Shown here: positions 45,328 through 54,176 of the stretch, piece after piece | How positions within the stretch are numbered: position 1 is the first letter of the stretch | How the letters are laid out: each line of letters begins with the position of its first letter | From: a virus | DNA length: 64,000 nucleotides | Virus record (IMG/VR): IMGVR_UViG_3300021962_000031 | Direction: 5' to 3' (one strand) | Notes under the pieces: model-generated | What the model was told of the DNA's origin: nothing | The model's input: only the letters and a program-made list of their open reading frames with translations | The model's database searches: none | Program-made: the position numbers and the translations under genes

Positions 45328-46744
45328 CGAAACCTGACTTTGGTCCCCGCCCACGGAGGATGGCGTTGCGTGTCGGCCCCTCTTTGAGTCTGCCATATTC
45401 ATACTGCCCCTGGATGTTGATGTAATCGCCCGAATCCAAACCCTTGCCGTGACGCGTCACAACTGGAATCAGTTTCAGGTTGTAGCGCACACCGTCCGGC
45501 CCCACCCCTTCTTCGGCCATCTCCTCCTGACTTTTCCACTTGTAAATGGAAAAATTTGAACAAAGCCAGATGATTCGATCTGACCCCGAAGCCGTCGATG
45601 TATCTTCGGCATTGATGCCGTCCCGATTAAGTTGGACGAACGCCAACACAGGAACCTGATAACGAACTGCAAAGTTGTGCAGGTTTGTCATCAGAAAACC
45701 AAGCACCTGGAATTCCGACAGGTTTTTGGTGATCGACCTGTCATCCATAAGCTTGATGTAGTCGAACACGATCATGCAGGGCTTTGTCTGACCAGACTCA
45801 TCAAAGCCCACATGGCGATACAACCAACGACGCATGGTGCCAAGAGTTTCCTCAAACGGCTGGCCCGCAATCGAAGCGTAATGGTACGGAACAGTCTTGA
45901 GTTTTTCCTTGGCGTTATAGACTGCCTTCGACTTCACCTCGTCGGCGCCAAATTTGCCGGTTTTGATCTCATCCACCGTGACATTGGACATGTTGGCCAA
46001 CATCCGATGCCAATGTTCTTTGGCCGACATTTCCGTGTCGAGGTTGAGGACAGGAATACCCAGTTTGGCGATATGCAAAGCGATATTGTCAGCCAGCTGA
46101 GTCTTGCCGGTCTTGGGGCGGGCACCGATCACATTGACCGTGCCCTTCTGGAAACCACCACCAATGGCTGCGTCATATTGAGGCAGTCCCGAAGGAATTC
46201 CCATAACCTCGGACGGATTCGCAGCCAGATAGTCAATGTATTCATCCAAATCTTTGGAGATGTGGCTGAGGTTCTCAGACTGGTTGCCCAAATTGCCGAC
46301 GAAGTTAAAAACAGCCTCTTCACCAATCCCCAGGATTTCTCCAAGGGTTTCGTCCCCAGAAATGCTAGACAGCTTTTCTGCCGACTCTCGCATGACCTCG
46401 CTAAATTCATTGGCCTTATGTAGCTTGACCAAACGCGCAGCCAGCTTACGAAGGTTGGACGGTTCTACGGGAGTGACCGTCAAGGCCCGCAAATACTTTT
46501 GTTCTTCGGGGTTCTTGAAGATGTCAGCAAACCCCAGAGTCCCAGCCGCCGACAGAATGGAGGGGACATCGGCCTTGGAGCCGGGATCAGATAAGACTTT
46601 CTCCAGGCATCGATAATAAACAGCATTGGAGCCACAGGTAAAACAGTCTGCGGACAAGACATCGGAGATGTCCACCCATGCCTCATGACCACCTTTGAGG
46701 AGGGCTGCCAGAACCGCTCTCTCCGCTGCCGGGTCCTGATTCAT
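45296..46744 (-). CDS. dnaB: Replicative DNA helicase
   Basis: AERAVLA, GARPKTGKT, DTEM, VFDYIKL, QLNR. Confidence 0.92.
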   Translation of the reverse strand: MNQDPAAERAVLAALLKGGHEAWVDISDVLSADCFTCGSNAVYYRCLEKVLSDPGSKADVPSILSAAGTLGFADIFKNPEEQKYLRALTVTPVEPSNLRKLAARLVKLHKANEFSEVMRESAEKLSSISGDETLGEILGIGEEAVFNFVGNLGNQSENLSHISKDLDEYIDYLAANPSEVMGIPSGLPQYDAAIGGGFQKGTVNVIGARPKTGKTQLADNIALHIAKLGIPVLNLDTEMSAKEHWHRMLANMSNVTVDEIKTGKFGADEVKSKAVYNAKEKLKTVPYHYASIAGQPFEETLGTMRRWLYRHVGFDESGQTKPCMIVFDYIKLMDDRSITKNLSEFQVLGFLMTNLHNFAVRYQVPVLAFVQLNRDGINAEDTSTASGSDRIIWLCSNFSIYKWKSQEEMAEEGVGPDGVRYNLKLIPVVTRHGKGLDSGDYINIQGQYEYGRLKEGPTRNAILRGRGPKSGFDGSTKDTAEF

Positions 46745-47151
46745 CGCCCCCTCCCCCTCATGCACCCTGGGCACATCAGTCCCGAATCAATGTCCCGACG
46801 CATGGCTACTTCGATAGCCGGGACAGAATGCTTCCCACCGCACTTGGGGCAGACAACATCAACAGGCTTGCGGTTTTGGGATGGGGGTCGTCGAGTCGAG
46901 GGTTTGACTTTCTTTAGGATTTTCTTATCGCTGGCGACATGGCCTTTTTCCAAGGTCAAATCATCTTTGAATTTGTTGACAAAACCAGAAGCTGGTTCGG
47001 TAGCAACTGGGGTTTTTCTTTTAGCCTTGGTTTTTGTTTCCGGCTGAGCCTGGCCACTACCAGCTAACAACTGGGCAGTTTGGGCAACCTTGGCCCAATC
47101 TTCCGAGGCCATCGCCATTGCCATCTGTTTGAGCAAATCTTTCTCTGTCAT
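46741..47151 (-). CDS. Hypothetical zinc-finger protein
   Basis: CPKC...CPGC; coupled to dnaB. Confidence 0.6.
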   Translation of the reverse strand: MTEKDLLKQMAMAMASEDWAKVAQTAQLLAGSGQAQPETKTKAKRKTPVATEPASGFVNKFKDDLTLEKGHVASDKKILKKVKPSTRRPPSQNRKPVDVVCPKCGGKHSVPAIEVAMRRDIDSGLMCPGCMRGRGR

Positions 47152-47600
47152 AGCGATCTCCTCTTCGTTGCGGCCAAGGAAGCAAACATATCTGCGACCT
47201 TTTCTAAACGCAAGGCAAGATAATCAATTCTTTCCAATCTACAAACCAATGTAACTTCCTGGCGTTTTAAATTGCTGGCAAAATCATCTTCCTGAATGGC
47301 CAGCGCCATGCGCTCGTCGGGGGAGTTGTATCTGTAATTGGCGGTCTTGCTGGCCACGCACTTGAGTATGGCTTCGTTGCAGTATTTGATTTTGGCCTTG
47401 AGCTTATTGCAGGCCTTGGCCACATGGAACGCCAAGCTCGTCAACAGAACAGCAGCCTCGTTGCACTCTTCAGCCGACATGTGATTAAGTTCATGATGAG
47501 ACAGATTCAGGTAGCGCATTGCTCCCTGATCGTCTTGTGGAAATACCGTTTTTTCGTATTCATCCAGGGCCTCATCGACCTTTTTTGATGATTCGCTCAT
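47148..47600 (-). CDS. Helical protein, possible UvsY-like recombination mediator
   Basis: All-helical, about 150 aa, downstream of recA; function inferred from size and context. Confidence 0.4.
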   Translation of the reverse strand: MSESSKKVDEALDEYEKTVFPQDDQGAMRYLNLSHHELNHMSAEECNEAAVLLTSLAFHVAKACNKLKAKIKYCNEAILKCVASKTANYRYNSPDERMALAIQEDDFASNLKRQEVTLVCRLERIDYLALRLEKVADMFASLAATKRRSL

Positions 47601-48001
47601 TGCCGTAATTTCTCCTCCCACTCTTCTTCCGTCCCGTTATAAGCCAGTTCAATAACCTCAAGGCCATTTAGCTCACACCATTCAAGCTTCTTTTTGTCCC
47701 TTTGCTTGGACTGAAGAAATCCCATTGGCGTGCCGTGAAAATGGGCCACAAAACGATAATGTTGTTCGCCGTGAGCTTCTACTACCAGCTTCCGCAATGG
47801 CAGAAAAAAATCCACGCGCAAACCATCGGAACCAGGGAGACCGACCTCTTCCATGATGCGATCCACCGGATAGACTTTTCGCAAAACATTTCGGACTTTG
47901 GCATGCAGGCCAGAGCGGAGAGGGGCATCCTCCCCGCCTGTGTGCGAACGCCCGGAGAAGGACCATGTGTAGGTTCTTCCGTCTAGCCCTCTGACTTTCA
48001 T
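47597..48001 (-). CDS. Vsr/DUF559-like endonuclease
   Basis: LRVDFFLP..LVVEAHGEQHY...RDKKKLEWCELNG. Confidence 0.75.
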   Translation of the reverse strand: MKVRGLDGRTYTWSFSGRSHTGGEDAPLRSGLHAKVRNVLRKVYPVDRIMEEVGLPGSDGLRVDFFLPLRKLVVEAHGEQHYRFVAHFHGTPMGFLQSKQRDKKKLEWCELNGLEVIELAYNGTEEEWEEKLRQ

Positions 48002-50097
48002 GCGGGCTTGAGCATTCCGTTGATATCGGCCACGAGTGCGGCGATCCAAGTGGGGTTGTCCTGAAGCAGTTTGTACAGCTTCTCGGCCCCCTGGCATTTG
48101 ACCCGCTTGATCGACTCATCGTTCCACTTATCAACCCCCATAAGGTCGAGGTGGCTCTGCATGAATTCGCAAGTCATCCATGCTCCGGCCTTGTTGATCA
48201 GACCCAGCTGAGTGCCTAAGTTGATCGCCTCATAAACATGGTCAACGCCAGTTCCGTAGCGGATGTAGCTGTCCACTTCCATGCCTGGCGGGCCGAGAGC
48301 GCAGGATTCAATCAGCCAGTGAACCTGTTGGCCGATCTGCTTCTCGTTGCCGGAAGCTCCCACCTTCCACGGACGGTCAAATTTCACCCGAAGTTGCACA
48401 TCGGCCTGATATTTCAGGGTCATCGACCCCTTCTCCTGCCAACCGCCATAGCCGGACTGGGACTGAGTCAGGTGCATGATCGCCCACACCAGCGTGTTCT
48501 GCATGGGGACAATATTTGCTGCTTGACGGCAGAATCCGGCGAACTTTTTGTTGCCAGCCCCGCGATTCTCGTACCCGATTCCCTCGTCCAATTCCTTTTC
48601 ATCGCACAGAGCAGAAACCGAGTCGATGATGATGAGACAGCCTGGGTGAGTTTTAATGCACTTGAGCGCCAACGTGAGGAAGTCGCCAGCCGTTAGAATC
48701 CGCTCGGGAGTGCTTTGGAAGACCGTGACCTTGTCCAGGTTCAGGCCTGCCGTACCCTTGAGGTTCATCGGCTTGAGGCGCCCCTCAATATTCAGGTAAT
48801 AAACATGCCGGCCACCATACTCAGGCTTCTGGCATTGAGCAGCAAAAGATAGGGCGGTGGAAGTGTTGTGGGTGACGATGAAGTTGTCTGTCAAATATAG
48901 GCCGTCTTCACGGTAAACCTTGATGCAAACAGACTCTTCGTCCCGCACATAATCAATGGCCACGATCTTGCGGGTAAGGGGTTTTTTCATCCGTATTTTG
49001 GCCCGGCTCTTTTTGCGGGGCAAACGGAAAAGTATAGAGGCATCGTTGATGCGGATGTGGCAACGGAACGAGCGGAACAGCTTGCCTTTATAGATGCGTC
49101 GGACAGGACGCACCACACACAAGCCGCCGACCGACTGAACCAGCCATTTGACCTGATCAGCCAAGCGTGCCGAAACAGTAGAAAATTCTACCGAACCACC
49201 TTCACTGATCGTTCCATCGGTATCCATCAAGCCTTGCAGAACAGCCAGGCGAACTTCCGAGGAATTGTACAGATAGCAGTCAGGAACATGCTTGGTGTGG
49301 GCATGTCTGCCAATCAACCCGAGGCGCTTAAGGGCAGACTTCAACTGCCTAGCCCCCGTCAAGCTGTACTCGTGATTGCGATTTCTTTTGAGGTTCACTT
49401 CACAGTTGGCATGATCTGCCACGGCAACTGCCAATTCCCTATCTATGCCGGAAAAACTCAATTGGGTTTGGGTCATAGAACCATTGCCCAGCATCAACCC
49501 AACCACATAAGGATGGACGGGGACGGGGCGACTATTGAAGGAAACCGGATTAGGCAAGCGCACAGACCATTTAGGTCGATGTCCCCACCTATTGTTTTTT
49601 TCCTTGTAGTAAATATCGTCTTTAAAGTCTTTGAGAGCAATTACTTGGGGGCCTTTGCGACAACGAGCGGATACTTCCCAAAGGTGATCCAGCCCACATT
49701 CTGCGCTGTCTCCGTTATCAAAAGTGACTCGATAAACAGCTTTGACTCCTTGAGGAAAAACGCCGACAACAGAAGTGACAGACCCATCTGGATGACAGAT
49801 GGCATCGCCAACAGCCAGATCGCCAATTTTGCGCGGCCCAGTAGGAGTGTAAACGGTTGCGGACACGGGCTGTTCTTTGCCAGTTTTGGGCTGGCCGGAG
49901 CAGGTAATCCACGAACCTTCAGGAATGCCGCCATGTAAACCGACGTCCAGAGCAGGACTGAGCGGAATGACCATCTTCTCGTCGTCGATAAGATCGCGGG
50001 CCGATACCGCCACCCCTTCGCCGTATTCCTTTGTCAGTTCCTTCTGGAGTTGCGCTTCCTCGGTAGCTGCTGACTTCTTATCCTTACTCACGCTCAA
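47998..50097 (-). CDS. recA: RecA/UvsX recombinase interrupted by an intein (about 362 aa mature)
   Basis: SPALDVGLHGGIPEG, split Walker A GQPKTGK/T, IIIDSVSAL, LKYQAD, KAGAW. Confidence 0.9.
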   Translation of the reverse strand: MSVSKDKKSAATEEAQLQKELTKEYGEGVAVSARDLIDDEKMVIPLSPALDVGLHGGIPEGSWITCSGQPKTGKEQPVSATVYTPTGPRKIGDLAVGDAICHPDGSVTSVVGVFPQGVKAVYRVTFDNGDSAECGLDHLWEVSARCRKGPQVIALKDFKDDIYYKEKNNRWGHRPKWSVRLPNPVSFNSRPVPVHPYVVGLMLGNGSMTQTQLSFSGIDRELAVAVADHANCEVNLKRNRNHEYSLTGARQLKSALKRLGLIGRHAHTKHVPDCYLYNSSEVRLAVLQGLMDTDGTISEGGSVEFSTVSARLADQVKWLVQSVGGLCVVRPVRRIYKGKLFRSFRCHIRINDASILFRLPRKKSRAKIRMKKPLTRKIVAIDYVRDEESVCIKVYREDGLYLTDNFIVTHNTSTALSFAAQCQKPEYGGRHVYYLNIEGRLKPMNLKGTAGLNLDKVTVFQSTPERILTAGDFLTLALKCIKTHPGCLIIIDSVSALCDEKELDEGIGYENRGAGNKKFAGFCRQAANIVPMQNTLVWAIMHLTQSQSGYGGWQEKGSMTLKYQADVQLRVKFDRPWKVGASGNEKQIGQQVHWLIESCALGPPGMEVDSYIRYGTGVDHVYEAINLGTQLGLINKAGAWMTCEFMQSHLDLMGVDKWNDESIKRVKCQGAEKLYKLLQDNPTWIAALVADINGMLKPA
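48865..49875 (-). mobile_element. Class 3 intein (337 aa) with LAGLIDADG homing endonuclease
   Basis: Starts EQPVSATVYTPTG; block B DHLW; LAGLIDADG-like GLMLGNG and LQGLMDTDG; block F VCIKV; ends IVTHN, with +1 Thr. Confidence 0.92.
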
Positions 50098-50539
50098 GGT
50101 CCTCCAACTTACTCTTCAACGAACGACGAGGAACGAAGGCGGGCCGGGGTGTGGTCGTCTCCGTTTTTGTTTCAGGTGGGGGCGGTGGGGGTGCCGCCGC
50201 TAAGCTGGCCATTTCAGCGTCATACTTTTCCTGTTCCCGGGCTATGACATCCTTAAGAAATGGGGCGCCAAACGAAAAAGCCTTTTGTCCGTCCTTGGAC
50301 CGGATAGCCCTGGACAGAACAGTAGGTGAATGTTTTTCCAGCAGTTTGACAGCCAGGCGCAACTGCAACAAGAAAACCTTGTTCCAGCGAGGCAAATCCC
50401 AAAACTTGGCAGGTAAAGAGGTTTTTTCCTTGGCTGCCTGCCGCTCACACATTACTTCGGCTAGTATCTGCTGGGGCGTGACGAAACCCCCGCCGTAACG
50501 GCTCGGATAACGACTGTGTTCCGTTTCCTGCTTTGCCAT
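50084..50539 (-). CDS. Hypothetical protein
   Basis: Coupled to recA; Pro/Thr-rich tail. Confidence 0.6.
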   Translation of the reverse strand: MAKQETEHSRYPSRYGGGFVTPQQILAEVMCERQAAKEKTSLPAKFWDLPRWNKVFLLQLRLAVKLLEKHSPTVLSRAIRSKDGQKAFSFGAPFLKDVIAREQEKYDAEMASLAAAPPPPPPETKTETTTPRPAFVPRRSLKSKLEDLERE

Positions 50540-50574
50540 ACCTCTGAAACCCCTCAGAGAATATATGGCTTTAC

Positions 50575-50985
50575 CTAGTTGATTATCAAGGATGTTCCGA
50601 CAGTTTCTTTGTCAGCACGATTACGCTGATCAGAATTGACAACCAAAAGCTCGGGAACCACCACGGTAGAAGTGTGGACGGTTTCTCCATCGTCATCTAA
50701 ATGACCAAGAATGAACAGGTTGTATTGCTGAATGTTCGCCGACAGGGAGGCGCCCACCCCAGGCCTAAAGAAGTAACCCTTTGCGTCTCTTGGACTTACT
50801 TCAAGTCTGGATGAACGAAAACGCACACATACTGCCGTAATCTTGTCGTCTAGGCTGGCAATATTTGCCCAGTCTTCATTGGTGCCTTCCACGGTTACGA
50901 AATTCCCGCTGGCCATTTCAACCAGGAGAAAAGCGCAGTCCATGGGGGCTGCCGAAAGAACTTGAGCTAATGTGCCGTATTTCAC
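50575..50985 (-). CDS. Hypothetical protein
   Basis: Part of the coupled minus-strand gene chain. Confidence 0.55.
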   Translation of the reverse strand: MKYGTLAQVLSAAPMDCAFLLVEMASGNFVTVEGTNEDWANIASLDDKITAVCVRFRSSRLEVSPRDAKGYFFRPGVGASLSANIQQYNLFILGHLDDDGETVHTSTVVVPELLVVNSDQRNRADKETVGTSLIIN

Positions 50986-51296
50986 TTTCGATTGCCCGTG
51001 TAAATATCCTTGGCGTAACGGCCAAGAAAATCATTACCAGCTCGGGTGGCTTTGCCATGCTCATCGCCCTCAATGGCGGCGGCTTCGGTCATGACAGTCA
51101 CGCCTTGGGCGGGGCGACCAAATTTGCCAGGCGAGTTTGCCTTGGCTCGTCGATAAGCCTCGGCAATCTGGTCGGGATGACAACCCAAATCCTCGGCGAT
51201 TTCGCCCACGCTCTTCAGTCCGGCCAGCGATTCAATGTAGTAATGCTCGGCCTTGGTAAGATTCTTGGGTTCTAGCTTCTTCTTCGCCATTGTCAC
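50982..51296 (-). CDS. Small HTH-like protein
   Basis: KSVGEIAEDLGC helix-turn-helix pattern. Confidence 0.55.
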   Translation of the reverse strand: MTMAKKKLEPKNLTKAEHYYIESLAGLKSVGEIAEDLGCHPDQIAEAYRRAKANSPGKFGRPAQGVTVMTEAAAIEGDEHGKATRAGNDFLGRYAKDIYTGNRK

Positions 51297-51661
51297 GCCC
51301 TCTGAGCCATCCGCAAAAGCGCGGCATTGCCCGTTTTCAGAAATTCCACATAGCTATCAAAAGACGACTTACCGACTTCTCGCCAACTGAAACGCATCTT
51401 GCCGGTGTGACTGTCGAAGCGAATCAAGTCATCGTGGTGGTGGGCGGCTGGGTTGTAAAACAGACCGGTATCCAATCCTCGAGTGCAGACTCGGACTTCA
51501 AATTTTTGCAGCCCGGTTTTTTCGTGAACGGTGACGCGGGCCACACAGCCGTGACTGTCAGGCTCGATGACCCCACCCTTCTTGTCGTAGGCGACAACAT
51601 CAACAGGATTGGCTTTTTGGGCCAAAAATTTCTTGGCGTCATCGGCGATCCTGCCCATCAC
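51293..51661 (-). CDS. Hypothetical protein
   Basis: Coupled to both neighbours. Confidence 0.55.
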   Translation of the reverse strand: MMGRIADDAKKFLAQKANPVDVVAYDKKGGVIEPDSHGCVARVTVHEKTGLQKFEVRVCTRGLDTGLFYNPAAHHHDDLIRFDSHTGKMRFSWREVGKSSFDSYVEFLKTGNAALLRMAQRA

Positions 51662-51990
51662 ACACCTCCTGGGGCCGTGTAAAACAGAACCTTTTCGCCT
51701 TCAACATCCATATGGGTCACCTGAGTAACCAGATGGGTATCTTCGGGATCGTTTTCGTTGGGCTTTTGCGCCCCGCTGTAACGAAACAACCCCGTGACTT
51801 CCTTCTCAAAACTGGTGTCCCCGCAGTAGCAGCACTTGGCCTTGACCTTCCAGGTGAAGGGTTGGTCGGGTTGGACAGACCAGACATCGACCAGTGACTT
51901 CTGGCAGTTGGAACATTCCAAGATGGTATGGGGGCCGTCTTGAAAACCATACTTGGGGGGCGGTGTGGGGTTCACGGCGTTTGTGCGCAT
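51658..51990 (-). CDS. Hypothetical zinc-ribbon protein
   Basis: CSNC...CCYC. Confidence 0.55.
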   Translation of the reverse strand: MRTNAVNPTPPPKYGFQDGPHTILECSNCQKSLVDVWSVQPDQPFTWKVKAKCCYCGDTSFEKEVTGLFRYSGAQKPNENDPEDTHLVTQVTHMDVEGEKVLFYTAPGGV

Positions 51991-52187
51991 GACTTCATCA
52001 ACTCCTCAATGACTTCATTCAGTCGTCGCTGACAAGTCCAGCGGTCAGTTGCGTTAATCTTTAACGTCAATCGCTTGCGATCTACGGGATTGCCAGAAGC
52101 TGATCCATCTGGCAGTTTCTCGTGAACTTCGGCGAACAGATAAATTACCGCAACATGCGGATTGGTCTCATCATTGGGGATATTCAA
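51972..52187 (-). CDS. Hypothetical protein
   Basis: Coupled to both neighbours. Confidence 0.5.
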   Translation of the reverse strand: MNIPNDETNPHVAVIYLFAEVHEKLPDGSASGNPVDRKRLTLKINATDRWTCQRRLNEVIEELMKSCAQTP

Positions 52188-52561
52188 TTTTTGTCCCCTT
52201 TCTCAATGTACTTCTTGACATTTTTAACTGTCTTTAGATCAAGAGGCTTGTCGCCATCGCGCCACCAAGGTTTCTTTCCTGGCTCCTTACCCAACAACTG
52301 TTGGGCCTTGATCTTGTCCTGTTCTTTTTGGGCAGCCATCTCATCAATTTTGGTCTTGCCCGCTTCCTTGGCGTTCCGCTCACCCAATTGACCGATAGTA
52401 GTTGGGTCTTGCTGACAAAAAGCCGCAATGCCGCAACCGATCAGTCGCTCAAGAGTTTTTTTCTTGCAGTCAGGACAAGCTTTTTTCTTTGGTTCGTCAA
52501 AGGACTGATAAACCTCGAATTGGTAACCGCAATTTTTACAGCGGTAATCGTAGGTCGGCAT
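52184..52561 (-). CDS. FmdB-family zinc ribbon protein
   Basis: MPTYDYRCKNCG.FE....CPDC....LERLI. Confidence 0.88.
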   Translation of the reverse strand: MPTYDYRCKNCGYQFEVYQSFDEPKKKACPDCKKKTLERLIGCGIAAFCQQDPTTIGQLGERNAKEAGKTKIDEMAAQKEQDKIKAQQLLGKEPGKKPWWRDGDKPLDLKTVKNVKKYIEKGDKN

Positions 52562-52806
52562 CAGTAGTCCTCATCTTCCTCATCAAACTCAATATCGCTG
52601 TCGGCACAACCAATCGACCAGCGAGTCTCGGTCAGGCTGACAGCCCGAGGAGAAAGGCTTTCGCGCAACAAATTCCCGTTCAAATCGGCATACACTAGGA
52701 CTAGGCTGCCATCATCGGCGAAAGCCGTTATTGTCATGGGAGGAGAGCCGCTGTTCAGGCAGACTACATCCCCAATGTCAAATTCACCGTTGTCCCTCGA
52801 CATCAT
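52561..52806 (-). CDS. YodC/DUF2158-like small protein
   Basis: FDIGDVVCLNSGSPPMTI. Confidence 0.75.
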   Translation of the reverse strand: MMSRDNGEFDIGDVVCLNSGSPPMTITAFADDGSLVLVYADLNGNLLRESLSPRAVSLTETRWSIGCADSDIEFDEEDEDY

Positions 52807-53518
52807 TTTCCCCTCGCGTGCGCCAGAAAGTATGAAAATCAGCTGGGTCAGGCTCTTCGGCTACGGGAGGAGCCTGGGTGGTGGTTGGAGCGGTGGTAGT
52901 CGTAGGGCTTTCGGTGGTGGTTGACACGGAGGATTCCGTAGGAACAACCTGGACTTCCTTGCCGTTGACGCCGTCCAAAGGCTTGGTGGATACGATCTTG
53001 TAGGACAGATTGCTCAATCCGTCTTTGGAGCGATCATATCCAGAATTAAGTCGCTTGGTAGCTTTGAAGTATTCCTCGGATTCGTGTGAGTTTTCCGGGA
53101 AAGAAGCTTCGCGACGGAACATGAGGATGCGGGCTTTGTGGATGCGATTGTACAGGTCATGAACATGCACACAGGTGCCCGGATAACCGTTGGAAAACCC
53201 GTTGACCTCTTCAAAAATTTCCGAGGTCATCATTTGGATGTGTCGCATCTCAACGAAAGCATTTTCGGGAGAATAGTCGGCGTCTTCCACCGGGACATGG
53301 TCGGTGGGATGAAAGACATAATAAGCAGCATCGCTTACCTGATAACCGACATTTGAAAGCCATCCTTCATTGGTTGGACCTTCATCGCCCTGACGAACCA
53401 CGATAACCTCGTAGTTCAGACCAGGATTCTTGCGGTCAATCTGCTCTTTCAGGGCCTTGAGAAAACCCGAAAGGTCGTTGCGCAGACCGGAAGGAACAAT
53501 AATGGCAGTCTTGTGCAT
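52784..53518 (-). CDS. GT7 (beta-1,4-galactosyltransferase)-like protein with degenerate motifs and Thr-rich tail
   Basis: HKTAIIVP, YEVIVVRQ...NVGY, FEEVNGFSN.Y, DLYNRI, DGLSNLSY follow the GT7 motif order. Confidence 0.7.
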   Translation of the reverse strand: MHKTAIIVPSGLRNDLSGFLKALKEQIDRKNPGLNYEVIVVRQGDEGPTNEGWLSNVGYQVSDAAYYVFHPTDHVPVEDADYSPENAFVEMRHIQMMTSEIFEEVNGFSNGYPGTCVHVHDLYNRIHKARILMFRREASFPENSHESEEYFKATKRLNSGYDRSKDGLSNLSYKIVSTKPLDGVNGKEVQVVPTESSVSTTTESPTTTTAPTTTQAPPVAEEPDPADFHTFWRTRGENDVEGQR

Positions 53519-53521
53519 GGC

Positions 53522-54049
53522 TTACTTCCGCTTCTTGGACTTATTTTGGATCGACTGGGAGGTGCGGATCGCCCACTCCACTCCCGAAGTACCACCCCAT
53601 CCTAACCACGCCACAATAGCTGGGATTGTCCAAGGTTTGCTTTTGGCTTCGGGCTTGTTGCGGGCCTTCTCGTAATTGGATCGATGACGATTGAAGGAAG
53701 CCATCCGCTTGACGGTTGAGGCAGACAGTCTAGCCCCATTGGCCAGATCGCGGGCGCGTGCCCAGCCCACAGGTGTCATGCCCTTGCATTCCTTACCGTA
53801 CTTTTCTTTCCACTTAAGCACTTTTCGAGCATTATTGCGGGCAGATTCGGGGGGATCATAACCTTCGGAGGCTTGGGTGGACTTGATGAGAGCGTCAGAG
53901 ATTTCGCTTTTCAAGATGTCCAGGGCCTCGTTCACCCTGTTGCCGTCAATGTTTTTGGCGACATCTTGGGTGGGAAGACCAGCTTCGGCGAGAAAGCTTT
54001 CAACTTCCGTGATAAAAATATCAAGGGGCGATTTCCGTTTGCGATTCAT
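53522..54049 (-). CDS. Conserved phage protein
   Basis: GMTPVGWARARDLA...LSASTVKRMASF.RH...AWLGWGG motif, recalled from phage proteins of unknown function. Confidence 0.6.
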   Translation of the reverse strand: MNRKRKSPLDIFITEVESFLAEAGLPTQDVAKNIDGNRVNEALDILKSEISDALIKSTQASEGYDPPESARNNARKVLKWKEKYGKECKGMTPVGWARARDLANGARLSASTVKRMASFNRHRSNYEKARNKPEAKSKPWTIPAIVAWLGWGGTSGVEWAIRTSQSIQNKSKKRK

Positions 54050-54118
54050 ATCAATTCTCTATTTTGGAAATGGGTCCTACCGATAATAACCTACATAACC
54101 ATGGTCGTGTTCTGCCAA

Positions 54119-54160
54119 TAAAAAGACCCGGGTGTCCGAAATAGACAACCCGAGTCTTTC
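54119..54160 (-). terminator. Rho-independent terminator downstream of the RNR gene
   Basis: Minus strand reads aaagactcgggttgtc-tatttcg-gacacccgggtcttttt. Confidence 0.7.
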
Positions 54161-54176
54161 TGTTGGGAACAAACAA

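Noticed and set aside
49057-49938. Long + strand ORFs in the minus-strand block (also 28213-28992, 38452-39294, 45632-46423, 54132-54947, 61653-62579)
   Set aside because: Antisense to well-supported genes, with no recognisable motifs
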